Part shown: in pieces, positions 35,729 through 47,962 of the stretch | Position numbering within the stretch: the first letter of the stretch is position 1 | Layout of the letters: the number at the start of each line of letters is the position of its first letter | Assembly: GCA_045837725.1 (NCBI GenBank) | Contig: JBEWZL010000056.1 | Location: forward strand, 434,001-498,000 | Origin: Vermamoeba vermiformis | Lineage: Eukaryota | Direction of reading: 5' to 3' | Length of the DNA: 64,000 nucleotides | Translations under genes and position numbers: made by a program | Notes under the pieces: generated by a model | The model's input: the letters and a program-made list of their open reading frames with translations, nothing else | Databases searched by the model: none | What the model was told of the DNA's origin: nothing

Positions 35729-38700
35729 TCAAAATTTGATTACAAGACCATCCTGTTCAGTAGAAATGCCAGGCACACGTTGTCTTAAATCATTCCAGCC
35801 ACCAAAGGGTTGTCTCTGTCTTTCTTCAATCATTTCTGCTGCTTTGTTGGCAGTAACACCCTTAAGCTTCATCAGTTTCGTAGTGTCATCTGTGTTGACA
35901 TTGATGGCTATGAATGCTGCAACCTATGGTTAGAAGTGTTGTCAATACGTCAAGTTACTTACACTTAATCTGTGCTACTGCAGCAAGTGAGCGACCATAA
36001 TAGGCTTCCATATTTCTTTTGTGCACAACATACATATTTGGTTTGAGTCTCAAATATGCTGGTGATCTGTTTGAGATCAAGCCAAAGACAAATTTGAAGT
36101 TATACTTGGCTAAGTACTTATCAAACAAGACTTTTGCCTTTTGATATTCACTGTCCAAGTCATGTTGAGTCAATATTGTTGGATTTTGTGAGTTATCATT
36201 GGCCTGAAATTGTTGAAATTCAATAACATCTTCTGACAGCCAATAGAAGGCATTAATTCCAGTAGTGTTTTTGCCATTCAAACACACTGTCTCCATGTAT
36301 GAAGAAGGATGTTTGGATCCATCAACCATTGAAGTCATGAAGTTTGAAGTCATCTTGCCATCAAAGCATGCAGGGAATTGATGCAAGTGCGTTACTGGTG
36401 TAGTAGGTCTGAGCTGTACAGAATAGGTTGCACACTCATCTCCAAATAATGCTCCAGAGTGAAAAGTGCCTAAGAAAAGTGTTAGAATGAGTATTTTAAC
36501 AGTACAATACCTACAAAGTGGAACTGATTTGGTTTGTTCTCCAGAAAGCAAAGTCAATTTGAATGATGTGTACTTGACATTGAATATCTCCCAAGCTGAT
36601 GGACCAATGGCAGTTGGATCATTCCATGAAAACTTGAAGAGATGTGCTGCACAGCCAAAGACCCTTGTATTGTTCTGCAGCCAATGATAAAGTAGGAAGA
36701 AAGGCACTGAAGTTGGCATTCCTTTTAAAGCTTGTGTAGGTTTTTCAGCAAACACATAGCCCTCCTGAGCTGCATGCTCAATAGTCTTTCCACTGGGCAG
36801 AATCCTTTCAGGCTGAACAGGTTGCTTTGCAATGCAATACTCAATGAGGGCCTTTGCATCCTCTGGAACTCTTGCCATCTTGTGCTTTGCCTTGAAAACT
36901 GCATTGTCAATGAATGTTGTGTATGGTAATGTCCACAAGTTCATTTCCTTGTCCTTGTTATTCTTGATATAATCATGAATTGCCATCATCAGATAGTCAA
37001 AAGCACGAGGAGGATTCAACATGTCTGCCACACATTGTCTGAAAGCTCCAGCACATTGCCAACCAGCAAGATACGAATATTCTGGTTTGGCAGCCAATCC
37101 TATTTACTGGTTAGTATTAGTTACTTCTAAAGTATTATTACCATTAAGTATTGTTTGCATATCAGAGAGAGACAACATGGATGGTGAAATGCTAACAGGG
37201 ATGCCCAGATCCTTGATTACAGATTTTAGAGGACTATAGATTGTGCCTTTAATCTTGGTTAGCCAATTCAATGTAGGATGCCTTCTTACCTGCAAATAGC
37301 ACAAACAGATTGTTGCAGTATTCAAGCATTAACTGACTGATTGAAGTTGTGAAATGCTGAAATTTCTGTTTGTTATGGCCATCAGCATAGAGCATATTCA
37401 TTTCATCAATTGGTAAGACAATGTATTTGACACCAATCTTCATTAATCGATCAATCAACAGATCAAGCTGCAAAGAACAGTTAATATGACAATAACCAAA
37501 GAACTCTCATACAGTTAAATACTTGGCCATTTTCTTTGTGATAGTGATGCGTCCAAGCTTAGTACGCCGAAGTGGATAAAGGAAGTACTTCCATATTATT
37601 CTGATTGCCAAAATGCCACTGCAATCTGCACACTTCCAAAATACTTCATCTTCATTGGCTGAAGTAGCTGTTAGTATCAGAAATAAACAAAATGTTGCTA
37701 AACATACTCAATCCACTTCCAAAACTTGTGTACAGTACTGTGCATCTTTTTGGGTTGGTTAATACTTTCTTGAAGTTGCTTTCAAAATCATCTGTATCCT
37801 CATGTTGTTGTGCAGCACATTCCTTACACATGAATGAATTAAAAGAGAAGAGAACTAACACAAATACACAAACCTGTAAAATGTTCAAGGATTCCAAGAG
37901 CATGCGAGTTTTGCCAATACCAGGAGCACCAGTGATGATAGGAATGTGCAGTTTCTCTTTGTTAAACCTTATCGCTCGTTGTGTCTCAACTGCTGCTCGA
38001 TAAATTTGGTTTTTGGTTGGCTCAGGCACACAGTGAGGAAATTGAGCCCCAACAGTTGACAAGACCTGTATCGCATTAGATGAATGTAATACTAACAATC
38101 CTGTAATACGCTTGAAACTTGAGCATTTGGAATTCTGTTGACAACTTTCTTAAGCCAGTTTACGACTGCTTCTTCGGAATTCAAATCTCTGGTAGCAAAC
38201 AATTCGTCGTAGCCGTCCGACCCAGCACTGGCATCACTGGCTTTGCACTCTGTAGGAACGGGCGTCTTTTCGTCACTGCTTCCTTGACTCTTCAACTTAG
38301 GCGTTGTTTGGTGTTCATCTACGGTAATTGAAAGTTCTGCCTTCGGGTTTGAAGCAGATCGTTGAGCGGCAAAGACAAGACGGATTGTTTTGTCGGATAA
38401 CTTCGTGTGACTTTGTAGATCGCGTTCTGAGCTGCTCAACAACTGCTCTAACGTGAATACACTGGCCACGTAGTCTGCTTGCGACGGCGCGATGCCATTA
38501 TTTACTGCCCACTCGCGCACATCTGCAGAGGGTCCAGATTGCGAACCTTGAAAAATAAAATACGAGGTTAGTTAATATCCGAAAAATTAACTCAATAGAG
38601 TGGCTTAGAATTTACTATTTTTGGGTCGCGTTTCCGAACTATTGGCAATAAATTTTCCGGATGCAAATTTTCAGATCAAAAGAGAGAATAATTGTGGATA

Positions 38701-38820
38701 AGTTAGGTAAATTAAAATTATTACCTGATAATTTCTTTTGCCGTTTTGGCGGATTTTCGTCTTCGGAAACGCGATCTGAAACAACATCCGTAACTTTTCT
38801 CTTGCCTCGGGTTAGCACTA
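35729..38820 (-). CDS. Crinkler-type protein: SAM-like header, P-loop NTPase, REase-like domain, C-terminal helix-hairpin-helix (5' end unresolved)
   Basis: NLS-like PPKRQKK; SAM-like VREWAVNNGI...TLEQLL; Walker A IITGAPGIGKT; Walker B IVLPIDE. REase-like motifs AWEIFN, FHSGA, CLNGKNTTGINAF, EFQQFQ and FVFGLISN. Last exon INVNTDDTTKLMKLKGVTANKAAEMIEERQRQPFGGWNDL is ComEA-type HhH. Confidence 0.7.
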
Positions 38821-39042
38821 TGTAAAGACTATTAACCAGCCCGTTGCCGAACAATAAATGTGTATGCTACTTACTGGTGTTGTGCTTGTTCGTAAATTTG
38901 CCTATGCATTGATAAAATTGCCCAGAAAAGTTAGCCCAATTTCTTCGAACCAAGCATTACTTGCCCAGTCCAATAAAACAAACACAACTCACCAGAATAT
39001 TTGGATTATATTATTTGAACTATTTTCTAATTGTGTATCGTT

Positions 39043-42000
39043 ATGTCGTTTACGTTGGCCTCTACCGAAGAAGATCCGATTGAATTACAATTAAAGTAAG
39101 CAAATAATTTTCTTATTGATATATTTGGTACTTCCTTCGCAAATACACGTACATTTTGCTTGAAATTAGAATAAATAAATATTTATTTTTAATTTTTTGC
39201 AGCGAGAATGCTCCGATCCAGCTAGGCCGCACGTTCCTCAATATTCATGATACCAAAGTTAGCAGACAACAAGTTGAAATTTCCTTACAAGACGGCAAGG
39301 TCGTTGTAAAACAGGTTTGTTCGATCAGAAAATGAATCCTTCGATCGGTGTCACTTACAAATATTTTTAGCTTGGTATTAATCCTAGCGTCGTAAAAAAG
39401 CCCGATGGTAAAGCCTGGCTATTAAAAAAAGATGAATCAACGACGTTAGATCCCAACGATCATCTTTTATTAATCGCTACAGCGACTACGGATAAACACG
39501 TAGAATTTAAATTGATCAAGAAAGGAGGTAATTATTATTTTAGTTAAAATTTATAAGATAGATTTTAAATCGGATCTGCAGGCACCAAAAGAAAAATTCA
39601 AGAGGAAGACGAAGCGGATGTGGCTGAAGTTGTGCCTAAAAAGAAGTTTAAAGTCGAAGAAGATTTAAACACGACCATTGAAGACGAGAAAAAAGAAGAT
39701 AAAAACAATAACGAAGCCAAAAATAACGCTGAAAAAAATACTAATGGTGACGCTGTTTACGAAAAAGAGGTACGAGCAAATATTTATGCAATCAAGTACT
39801 TTTACTAATTAGGAAATATTACGTTTAGATTAAAGAGCTGCGTTCTATTCTACCCGAAATCTCGTTAGAAGAGATTCAAACGGCGATTTTATTGGCCGAA
39901 GGATCCGTTGAAATGGCGCTTCAAAGTCTGTTAGATAACAAAACTAAGGCCTCAGAACCCATCAAAGAACCTGCCAAAGACGGTGACAAGAAGGATCAGG
40001 CTAAGAACAATCAAGACGAGAATAAGAAGGACGTTGTTATGGTCGACGATGCACCACCTGCTTTGACACCGCCGACATCACCTTTGCGCGAGGAAAGTAA
40101 CAAAGAAGGGGCCGCTGAAAACAACAAACCGGCCATGTATCGATCGGACTCAGAACTTGCTTTGGAATTGCAACGTCAATGGGAAGAAGAGCTGCGAAGT
40201 AAGTGTGAAAAAGTGTCGCGGATCTGCTCGAACAAAAAAAACTAAATCTTTTTTTCCACTTTAGATGCGCCGCAAGAGTACAGTAACAACGAAGTCAAAA
40301 CAGCACAACAAATTATTGCCGAAGAAGTTGAAAAGTTGACACTCGTGGCCGATAACTGTGGCATGTTTTACGATGAACTTTCGTTCCCAAGTACGTTACT
40401 GACACTTTGATACTTTCATACTCACCCTTGTTCAATATGATCATATTATTATTATGCTATGAGTTATCGTGTTGCTTGTTAACGGGGTTGACTAACAAAC
40501 CGTTCTGTAGCTGCATTTGGAGTTCGCATGGCACTGGACGTGAAATCAATCGATAAATGGAAAGCCAAACAACTCGGCATCAATCCAAGCAAGCCAATCG
40601 TTATTCAGCTCAAGTTCTCGTCGGAATTCACGGACGACAAGGACCCACCAAACTTTTTGATCTTCCAATCGGGCGACAAAGATTTGTCCGCGTTGAGTCT
40701 TAAAGACTACGAGACGGACTTTGGCGCCATGCAATGGTTCTTGGAGACTCGTTTGACCAAAGTTTTGTTGAAGAATTGGGCCAACAAACCTGTCAAGTCT
40801 GTCAAACGCGACGAAGAAGATAAATCGAAGGATAACGATAAAAATAAGCCCGCGCAAGTCAAGGTCGAGAAGAAAGAAGAAAAGAAAAATGCGGCCAAAG
40901 AAGCAGGTGTGGACGAGAACAAATTGAATCAATTGACGGCGATGGGATTCACTGAAGCCAAGTCGATTGAGGCCTTGGTCAAGTGCAAAGGCAATTTGGA
41001 CTCCGCCACTGAAATGCTGTTGACCGGAAAGGCCCCTGCAGCGTAAGTCTTATTCCATATTTGCACGGTTTTGGGCTTTACCTAAAAAGGAAATCAGTAC
41101 TTAAGTCGCGATGGCGCTAATTGTTGTGAATGTAGTGAACCAGAAGACCCGCCAGCAGTGACGCAACTGATCAACATGGGATTCAAGCGCGCTGAAGCGG
41201 TCAATGCCCTCGCAGCATTCAACAACGACGTTAAGAAAGCAGTGGCGAGTTTGTTGGGTGAAGAAGTGCCTGACTCGCAAGAAGAAGTTGCTCCCGTAGG
41301 TCGTCCCAAGCATGGCAAACTGAAAAAGTACGGTCTTGGAAAATACAGCCATGCCAAGGGCGTCAAAGTCAAGGGCGTCAAAAATAGCGATCTTGATGTA
41401 CCACCTTCCGATGAAGAAGAAGACCCGATTGAGGCACTCGGTAAGAACACTGCGGAATAACTTTATTTTTTCATGAACGAGCGGAATATTTATATGACCT
41501 GAACTAACGTTGTCTGAACAGAATACAAATCGGACCAAGAACGATTATTTGCAGACGATGCGCCGTTCTTGGTGCGCCTTTACAACTACATGCTGTACCG
41601 ATTCACGACTAGTCCAAAGCACTGCATGATCTGCGACAAAGAAATCAATCTCGAGACTGGCTACAAGTTGCCTGTTTGCAACAGAAAATGTAAGAAAACA
41701 ATTATTTATTTTTCCTATTTGGGAGATTCGTTTGTCTATTTTTGGCAAATCACGTGACTAACAATAATTCGAACAGCTTGCAATAATGTTTACAATACGA
41801 ATGCCTGCGGTGGTAATATCATCAACGAGATTAAGAACCAGCCTGAAGTCGTCGAATTACTGTTGCATTTGCTGTCGTGCGCTGCGACTGGCAAAAACAC
41901 ACGTGGCTTCAACAGAAACGGCGTCGGATTGGCTCCGAAAACTCACGGCTACGGTCACATGTTCGGTGCTGCTGCAGCAGCTGCGCCAAAAAAGACGTTT

Positions 42001-43216
42001 GAACCATTCCCGCACAATCTTGGTTTCAATTATTCCGATGGCAGCCAAAACATCGATTTGTTGATTAGTACGCTGGAAAAGATTCCTTCCATCAAAGAGA
42101 TGCAAGCGTGTGCCAGCGACGAGCAGCTGAAAGTCATTCTGGACGACATTCATAACTTGTGCTTCCCGCTGTTGAAGTGGGTCATTAGAAGCAACAGAGC
42201 GCATATCAGCTACGTGCCTAAAGAAAAACAAATCGAGGTAAGTTTGGTCAACATTTGGTCAACGCTGGTCAACGCCAGTCAAAAACAAGTTTTTCATATT
42301 ACCTATAGTGGCCTAATTTTTTTACGTTATGTTCTATAACACTTTCATGAACGAGGCGTACTAACTGTCAGATAGTGCATGAAAACGCCGTATCAGTTCC
42401 AATTGGTCAATTCATTCCCCGAGCACGAAAAGAAGTTCTTGGAGTGGAAAGAACAAGCAGCAATTCTCAAAGCCAAACGAGGCCTGGACGACGTTAACGG
42501 CTCGTATTGGTCGTTCCACGGCAGTCCAGTGGAGAACTGGCACTCGATTATTCGTACTGGCCTGCGCTCCGGTTTCGTGCGAGGTATTTATCACGCACAA
42601 CAAGCAATGACGTCGTTGGGCTACATGCAAGTTGGTGTTGGGCAAGCGACTGGCTGGCAGAATGGCAGTTGGAAGATTAACAATCAGATCAGCTGCATTT
42701 CGTTGATTGAAGTTGCTGACTTCCGAAGCGAAAACGATGGCAAGGTACGATATATATATTAATAATTAGTTCTGTGAATTGTGAAAAAATTGCTTGACAC
42801 GTGTCATCGTAATGACACGATATTTTTCACTAAATGTCACCCCGTCAACTTTTTTTACGTCATTAAGTATTACCTTGTACTAATATAGTCATTAGATTAC
42901 GGGAGGCACAGGCAAAGGTGGTCCGGGCCCCATGGGTGCTTATGGTGAAGATATGGTCGTTAATGTCGCCATGATTGACAGTTTGGTCGTCACGCGATTT
43001 TTGTTCTTTTATCCTTCGGGACCAACATTCCAACCTCCTAACTATGGCATGCCGGCATTCGGAGGGTTCGGAGGCTATGGCGCAGCTTATAACCCCGCTA
43101 CTCTGGGTCCTATTGCCAACAAGTTGGGCGTGAAAGATTTTATGTTTATTCCGAAGAACGAAGAAAAATTCGATTATCCGTTTGGCGATTACGAATACAC
43201 CAAGGACGAGAAATAA
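39043..43216 (+). CDS. FHA + CUE/UBA + PARP6/8-like ADP-ribosyltransferase (multi-exon)
   Basis: FHA: IQLGR..LNIHDTKVSRQQV...QLGINPS. CUE-like IKELRSILPE. Two UBA domains (LTAMGF, LINMGF). Cys cluster HCMICD...PVC. Catalytic region YWSFHGSPVENWHSIIRTGL...GIY...SLGY and VVTRFLFFY. Confidence 0.8.
42794..42807 (+). promoter_or_regulatory. Intronic motif TTGACACGTGTCAT, copy 4
   Basis: Exact 14-mer in the last intron of the PARP-like gene. Confidence 0.5.
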
Positions 43217-43478
43217 TAGCGCCGTTATGATTTCATAAGTTTTATGTAAATAAATTTATTTTGTAACAAACACGTTGGTGCTTCATTAGGATTATATAAA
43301 AGGGCTGAAGACTCCAAGTACTTGCACTACCTCATTCGTATCATTTTTACGATTGGTGCCCCGAGTACCTGTCGGCCTTGAGTTGGTTAGCAAAAAGTTA
43401 ATACTAAGTACGGTGCTGTCTTATCATTGACGCAGTACATAAACGCTGCATCATTGCTCGATCTGAACTTTTGTTTAT

Positions 43479-45705
43479 TTACTGATTAGAATTATTGCTT
43501 TTGTTGCTATTGTTATGTTCAGCAAGACTTTTCAACACATTTTTGATCTCATCTTCGTTATTATCGTTAATCACGTGCACGCGCTTAAATCCTTCAGCGG
43601 GCGTTGGTTTCTTAAAAGTCTTAATTTGCGCGTCAAAATCACCGCTGTCAATGTGCTCTGTATTCTTTGCAGCTATTAATCGGTCTTTGCAGATTTCGGG
43701 CTTAGTATTCACAACAATAGCATCGCTTTCTAAAATTCCGAGTTTTTGGATCTCGCTCACGAATTCTTTTCGCTTGCGCGGGTTCACGTTGCACGTGTCA
43801 ATAACGACAGTGATGTTATTTTTAGCCTCTTTTAGTTTCTCCAATGCACTGGGCTTGGCTTTGTCTCCATCGAACACCACGCAATCAATACTTTCTTTAA
43901 TTCTTTTCGCGACACGGGACTTGCCTTATCGGGTAATAAAACATTAGTTTTCAACAAAAATTGTTTTTTTTACGTACCGCTGCCGTAAAGTCCGATCAAC
44001 ATGATCACGTGACGTTTGTCGTCTTTCACTGAAGGCAATGTTCCGCTCTTCGGCAACGACTCGACGTACTTCATAATATCTTGACCGAATCTGTCCCACT
44101 CTTTCGGGCCCATGTCCAGCTCTTCTTTAAATGACTGGGCATTGACAGGCTTCTCGCGTTCAACGATCTTTTCGAGGGCCTCGCGCACTCGTCCTTGCAT
44201 CGTGACGTCAAAATTGGACCAGTGCACTTCTTCGATGTCTTTCGGCTTGACTTTGTACATGGTGCGATCGATCAATCGGCCCTTCTCGTTCAGACAGTAC
44301 ATCACGCGACCTTCGCGGATGAAATGACCGCGCTCGTACTTGGCTTGAAGATTATTTGCTTTGCGGAATGCTTCGTTGGCTTCCAGATCTAACAATGATT
44401 TTTCATTAGCATACGTTAAAAATATAATTGCAGCCAATATATAATGCTATTTCCTTTTTTGGAAATATTGCAAAGTTTTTTCATGAATTAAATGACTTCA
44501 GTGAACGGATTTTCCTTATTTGGTAATATTTACCTTTTTGCTGGTATTCTTTGCAAATTTGAACGATTTTATCGGTGTCATAATCAATAGGCCCAAAATC
44601 AGTCTCTTTCAACTCTCCAATAGCAGGAGCAATAGATCCGTCAGTGAATGTATGGAACAACGGTTTCAAGTCTAGATCAAAGTCGTATTTGACCAGATGC
44701 GGTTCTTTTTGTCCGCACAACTCGAATGTTTTAGATTGCACGTCATCGCGTTCAAGAATAGTTAGCAATTTATGCGAGGTCGATAATACTTTTTTTGCTG
44801 AGACGCCAAATGCTTCTTTAGCGAGATCCAAAAAATTTCCAAACGGAGTGTTGCTTAAGAATGGAGTGCCTTTTGATTTGCAACTACAATATTAAAATTA
44901 ATAAAAATATTATTATTATTAATAAATACAGTTGCCTATTATGGAAATTATAATTTACCTCAAAAATACTTTTCCATCTGCGTCTTTATATTTATAGACT
45001 AGCACATTCATGCCGTTCCATTTGTTAGCTAATATAATATTAGTATTAAGTACTATAATTATATTTTGTTGACTTACAAAAGAAAACCTTGTCGCAGATG
45101 GGCACGATCAGCTCGTACGAATCAAAATCTTTGTAAGGATAGGCGAGTTTAGGAGTTCCATAAATAAGTATTTCTGGATTTAATTTTTTGCCGTTGACTT
45201 CGGTTAGGAATAAACTGCCACCCATCTTGCCGTCTAAAAAAGAAATTAATCAGAATTCTCGATCTCAGATGCGTCCCATTCAAAATGGTCCTACTTGTAC
45301 TAGTATATTTAAATATAGTATAATATGAAAATTACCTGCACGGCAAATGTAACCAGCGAGTTCATTTTCGGGATTGAACGGATCTTTCTTGCTGAAGTAC
45401 GACACTTGACCAGGAGCACAATCAAATTTCTTAGAAACTCTATTTAAAAATTAATTAATTAATATTTTTTGAGCTCGTGGGGCCACAAAATAACGCTAAA
45501 CCGTCAAAATAAAAAGTGCGAAAAAATATCGAATTAAATATCCAAGCTAAATAGCTCCTTCTTGTGCCTTAATTACATAATCACGATCATATTAATATAT
45601 TAAAACTATAGAAGCATTCTGAGATCTCGGCAATCAAAGTGAAGACAGACACGCGTCTACTTACTTGTGCAAATTGACGTAGCCACCCTTGCTCTTCTTA
45701 GACAT
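43479..45705 (-). CDS. ATP-dependent RNA ligase-like nucleotidyltransferase fused to a C-terminal polynucleotide-kinase-like P-loop domain (multi-exon)
   Basis: Spliced: DPFNPENELAGYICR, IYGTPKLAYPY, motif I NKWNGMN, motif III TFELCG, motif IV EGRV, motif V YKVKP. Then MLIGLYGSG-KS, VFDGD and VVIDTCNVNPRKR. Confidence 0.78.
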
Positions 45706-45955
45706 ATTAAATATACTCCTATAATTATAATCGATTCGATAGTTGTTGCTTCGTTGGGTGAAACAGGCAAAAATAGACAAAGCGGTTTTTGTTTGTATTC
45801 AACCCAAACGAAGTGCACAACAAGTCTTTTAAAATTATTTTATTTTATTAAGGGCTGTCCTCGAGATGTTAAACAACAAGCCCTTGTTGGCGCTGCAAAT
45901 AAGCTAGATTCGGATTTCGCTCAGATGGCGTATTAATCAGTTTGAAAGCAAGTCT

Positions 45956-47096
45956 TTAGCTTTGCATCGTGTAAATATCTCGCATAAATCGATCCAAAGT
46001 GTCGTTGAATTCGTTTGGACTCTCCCAATGAACTGCGTGGCCAGCATCTGGCAAGATAATAAATTCTCCGCGCCATAAAGACGAAGGAATATTATTATCT
46101 TGCTTGTGCTTATGTAGGTACGATGATTTTACTAAATAATATTTAATTAGAATTATTTAAGTTATTCGACATCTAAAAAATTTGATTTGTTAAAAGCAGT
46201 CTACTAACAGTCTTTTCGATATTAGGTCGATGAAGGGACTTAAATAAGTTAATACGTACCAATTGAGTCGTTTTCGCCGTGTAAGAAAGCAATTGGCTTG
46301 TCAATGTTTCTGAACACATACAACTCGTTCTTGAATCTGCTTTCAGCAAGCGACTTTGCGTATAAAGCTCGTGCTGTGCCATCAGCATTGAGAAAGTCGT
46401 CGAGGAAATTCACAGGAACTTGCAAGCCTATGAAAGAGTGGTAAGATCGCTAAATTTCTTTAGGAACCAGATGCACCGCACCTTTCTCGAAAAATGCATT
46501 AGTGGCCTCAAGAGCTTCTTCGTAAGTAACCTTCTCTTTCCACAAGTATTGAATTGCTGGATTTTCTTGATTTAAAGCTTGCGGCAGATCATTTGCGTCG
46601 CGGATCAATGGCGTACCAAAAATTAAGAGCCCACGCAATCTGTCCTTGATCAAATCATATGCCTCTAGTAGTACTCGGCCTGTAGAAGATGAAGACGTAA
46701 GCGAAATATTTCTTAACTTTCGAGTAAATTAAGATTCGATTTCAGATCTGATCGCGTACCACCGGTGCCCCATCCGACAACAACAGCGTCTTTAACGTCA
46801 GTGACCGTCAAGAACGAGTTCAATACACGTGCGTAGCCTTGGATAGTGTAGGTATCAGGCTTGGATGCCTTATGAGACTTTCCATGGCCCGGCAAGTCGA
46901 TCGCCATCATGCGGTACTTTGAGTTCAAAAAGCTGCTGTTCAATTGGTGCTCGAAGGATGAACTCGATGAAGACGTCGTGTGCACGAAGATAATAAGAGG
47001 GTGCTGCACGCTATTTGGATCTGAACACGCATCGTTCTTGCGCACCCAAATGGATTGATCTTCGTCCAAACGGTAAAATTGGCCTTTTTCTGACAT
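45956..47096 (-). CDS. Alpha/beta-hydrolase fold protein with a degenerate nucleophile motif
   Basis: IIFVHT, AIDLPGHGKS, VVVGWGTGG and DAGHAVHWESPNEFN. Confidence 0.85.
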
Positions 47097-47962
47097 AGTG
47101 GTTGGTGAGTATTAAATTGAAATAGAATAATGAAAATGATTTTAGTTTCATGTTAATCCTTTAATTGGAGCCGGAAAATATCTTTAAAATTAAAGCAGAT
47201 CTCTGACATTTATTGATTCAAATTGAAACAAATGTTTCATGCACGGTTCAAGTGGAGGTCCGAAAATCATTGCTATCTCCTCTTTTTTTTTATTACCAAG
47301 CTAACTGGCCTTTGATTTTTCTTCGAAGAAAGCTGATTTCGCAGCGCTGACGTGCAAGAAGAATAATGATGAACCTGGAGACAACGTGCCGTGCTTGGTC
47401 TAGTTAGTGGCCCAAGAAAAGCACAAAGAGAACAGAAGTAAATGAAAGAGTACCAAATCTGGTCAGTAAGTCTATTGAACCGACTTGGAGCTTTGACCGA
47501 AGAGGCAGATCGGATGTTGCCAACACCACGAGGAAAAGAGTAAGTCGTCTGCGAAGACCTTAAGTTACAGTGAACCTTTTTAAGCTTATTTTTAGCGAGA
47601 TTTAGTGAGAAAGCCGCATTATTAATGCTAATGGACCGCTAGCTAAGCATCTAATGGACTTTAAGACCCGAGATCTGTAAGTAATGCAAATCCGGCTAAT
47701 TTTCCAGATTTGGTATTTTGGCACGCGGTTGTTAGTGAGTTCATAACATTTAATTCAAAAATAGTTGAGAAATGAACTCAGACGTTCGAAAAAACGCAAA
47801 AGGAAATTTTCGACAGCACGTCAGATCCATTTTTAGAAGGAGTACCTCTGATAAATTTTATAAACGGGTATTACAAATAATTGTTCGTTGAAGAGTCACT
47901 CTTTTTCAAGCTCAATTGAAGAACACTCGCGAGTATTGAAAGCTAATGAAGTAGAAGAAAGA

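Noticed and set aside
47360-47460. Possible C/D snoRNA (ATGATGA) in the long intergenic gap; similar TGATGA near 29672
   Set aside because: I found no suitably placed CTGA D box or terminal stem.
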